The notes under the pieces were generated by a model. The model ran no database searches and had not been told where the DNA came from. It worked only from the letters and a program-made list of their open reading frames with translations. DNA of 64,000 bases from Schizosaccharomyces osmophilus (Eukaryota), in contig NC_079238.1 of the NCBI RefSeq assembly GCF_027921745.1, positions 4,154,001 to 4,218,000 of the forward strand, in the 5' to 3' direction. Position 1 is the stretch's first letter, and every line of letters begins with the position of its first letter. Shown here one piece after another: positions 61,488 to 64,000 of the stretch. A program made the translations under genes and the position numbers.

Positions 61488-61497
61488 AGGGTAGGGT
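61488..61497 (+). promoter_or_regulatory. Homol E box (AGGGTAGGGT) upstream of sla1
   Basis: Exact match to the fission-yeast ribosomal-protein-gene Homol E element, 80 nt before the ATG. Confidence 0.6.
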
Positions 61498-61576
61498 TAG
61501 CATTAGGACGAGCAAGAATGAACGCTCTAAAACATTTCTCTGCCAAATTCAATTGTCAATTTCAGCCATAGCCATC

Positions 61577-62628
61577 ATGTCTGAAGAACAAAAAGAACAA
61601 GTTCAAGCTGTTCCTGTAGAGAATCAGGCACCTCAAGAAGCTGGCTCAAAGCCTACAGAATCCGTTTCTGAAAAAGTCGAGTCTTTTGACGAAAATGGAG
61701 TTTTGAAGCAAGTTGGTAAGTGTTTTTGCAAGCATCTTCTCAAAAGATCTGAAAAGGATAAAAAGAACGGATTGACGCTAACAAAGATGCAGAGTTTTAC
61801 TTTTCTGACTCCAATTTGCCTCGTGACAAGTTCTTGTGGACTGTTTCCCAGAAAAACAATGGTTGGGTTCCTATCGAGACAATTGCTTCCTTTAAACGTA
61901 TGCGTCGTTACCAACCTTTAGAAGCTGTCGTGGCTGCTTTGCGCAAGAGCCCAGAGTTGCTTGAAGTCGATGAAGCTGGTGAAAAGGTTCGTCGTAAGGT
62001 TCCTATTGTCCGTCCTGACCCTTCTGCTGTTCAACGTTCCATGGAAAGTAGTGTGTATGCAAAGGGTTTCGGTGAGGAACAGGATGATACCCAACTTGCA
62101 TTGGAAAACTTCTTCCAACAAGAAGGTGGTGAAATTGCTTCCCTTCGCTTGCGCCGTGATGAAGATAACAAATTCAAGGGTAGTGTTTTCGTAGAGTTCA
62201 AGACTCCTGAAATTGCCCAGGGATTTTTGGAAAAGGTCAAGGGATCTCCATTAAAGCACAATGAAACTGAATTAACTGTCATGTCCAAGAAGGAATACGT
62301 GGACATGAAGACTGAACAACACCGCAACGATCCCCCTAAGCCTGGCAACAAGCGTAGACGCTTTGACGCTTTCAAGATGATGGATCGTGAGCGATCCCAC
62401 AAGCGTGCTCCCAAGAGAGGTAGGACTACTAGGGGATCCACTAGGGAATCCGAGAAGCAAGAAAGCCAAAGTCAGGAAAAGCAAGAGGAGCCTAAGAGTA
62501 CTGAAGAACCAAAGAAGGTTGAAGATACCAACGAAGCTGAAAAGTCGAATGAGCAACCCAAGCCCGAAGGAGAGGCTGCCGCTACTACCAACCAAAAAGA
62601 AGAAAGTGCTCCTGCTCCTTCAGACTAA
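61577..62628 (+). CDS. sla1: La protein (pol III transcript chaperone)
   Basis: Exons 61577-61715, 61793-62628; La motif [36 protein letters not shown]. Confidence 0.95.
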
Positions 62629-63546
62629 AAAATAATTGAAAGTGGCTTTATTAACATTTTGGAATAATACATTTTAAGGAATAAAATGGTTAGTATGGGA
62701 TAAAAATATGAGAATAGTACAGTAGGCTTCTTAAGTTCCGAGTAAAATTGGCATGAGATTGTAGGAGTTAACAAAGACTACTCGCGATAATTTCTCGCTT
62801 TTGGTTTAGCTCAAGTTTTCTAGTATCGTAACCATTTTCCTTTGTATTTTAAGCTATCAAGCCATTCCTGAACCAAATCTTAATGGAAAGAAAGGACAAG
62901 AAACCATAAATGGTAGATTTGAAACGAACTGATTCCTTGAAATAAGTCAAAGGAGAGATCGGGTGAAAAAACAAGACACTTGTCGTCTTGACTGCTACAC
63001 TTAACGCTCTAAACAAAGCAAAGAAAAAATTAAAAGCTATATTTCGTAGCAATAACCATGATTCCCTCGTTTATATATAAATCTATTTGAATCAATAAAA
63101 TTTCTCTGTTTGTTTATTAGTGTAGCGGAACGAACAAACTCAGAGCAATGAATCCCCTTGATTTGATTTTCAGAGCTTTCAAAAAACGAAAAAGATTGTA
63201 TTGTTTGACTTAGATTAACTTGGAATATAGCACTATAATTACCTTCGAAAACGAAGGAAAAAAATTGGTCATGAAACGAGTAGTTCCCCATGGCCATATA
63301 CTTTTTGAAACCACCACATATATCTATGTGGGATAACTTGGGTGAAGCCGAATGTGGGGGTGAAAGGATTGTGGTGCAAGCAAAAGTGATTGTGAAGTGT
63401 ACGGATGTCGTTATCAATGTATTTGTTTACATCACTGTGTGGTGATAGGAAGGCATACATTTCAATGACAGATATATTCGTGCTGTTTACACTTAACTAC
63501 GACTACTTATTTTGATCCTTGCCATTCAAAGAACGCGCGTATTACA

Positions 63547-64000
63547 ATGCCAAGAGCACCTAAATCAAGCAAGAAGAAGGACCCTAACGCACCGAAGAGA
63601 AACATGTCGGCGTTCATGTTCTTTTCGATCGCGAACAGAGAGAAAGTAAAAACCGAAAACCCTGATGCTTCCTTTGGTACGCGTTAAAATGGAAGAAATG
63701 TTTTTCTTGCTATCAATTGCTTTGATACTTATTAGAAATCTGTTGCTAACGCGTTGCAGGAGCCATTGGCTCTCTTTTAGGAAAGAAGTGGAAAGAACTG
63801 ACAGGAGACAAGCGTGTGGTATGTACGAATAAAAGAATTCTTTAAAAGTGGCTTCCAAACTAAATGAAATTCTACGTAAGTAGAAGATCTTTAAATTGAG
63901 AGCTTACAACTTGACAACATGTTTCAGAAGAGCATTTCGGGGCGGGAGTTCGTTTACAACTTTTATTCATCTTTTCTCTAACTTACAATCTGTGATTAGC
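63547..64000 (+). CDS. nhp6: HMG-box protein Nhp6 (partial, runs off the window)
   Basis: Exons 63547-63676, 63760-63818, next exon starts at 64000; [25 protein letters not shown]; not in ORF track. Confidence 0.92.

Noticed and set aside
1..64000. Transposons, LTRs, wtf genes, 5S rDNA, CRISPR arrays
   Set aside because: No such signatures seen by eye; short degenerate LTR remnants cannot be excluded

Overview
Gene-dense, intron-containing eukaryotic DNA from a fission yeast. The proteins are clearly orthologous to, but not identical with, S. pombe, so a non-pombe Schizosaccharomyces (octosporus/cryophilus/osmophilus-type) is likely. From my recollection of S. pombe gene order, the window is syntenic with chromosome I cosmids c6F12-c19E9-c57A10: fsv1, two intron-containing tRNAs (Pro-CGG, Tyr-GUA), tvp15, tnr3, rdi1, tom20, exo84, rdp1, ade3, sfc1, par2, fps1, cut23, cut9, mtr4, rna14, nup40, fin1, pas1, cdr2, cyp1, mug10, sgf11, pof1, mug15-position gene, a YOR238W-like gene, an alpha/beta hydrolase, sla1 and nhp6 (partial). 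Exon structures were rebuilt by hand from GT..CTRAY..AG signals. No transposon, rRNA or CRISPR was seen. The main hunt result is the small gene at the mug15 position: once its 49-nt intron is spliced it reads as a divergent Roadblock/LC7 dynein light chain under tandem MCB boxes. Other leads are a ~1.5 kb ATG-depleted pas1 leader with a single 4-codon uORF, structured long introns in fps1 and tom20, in-frame stop-free introns, and an apparent local sla1-nhp6 inversion. All homology calls are by eye and memory, not database searches.
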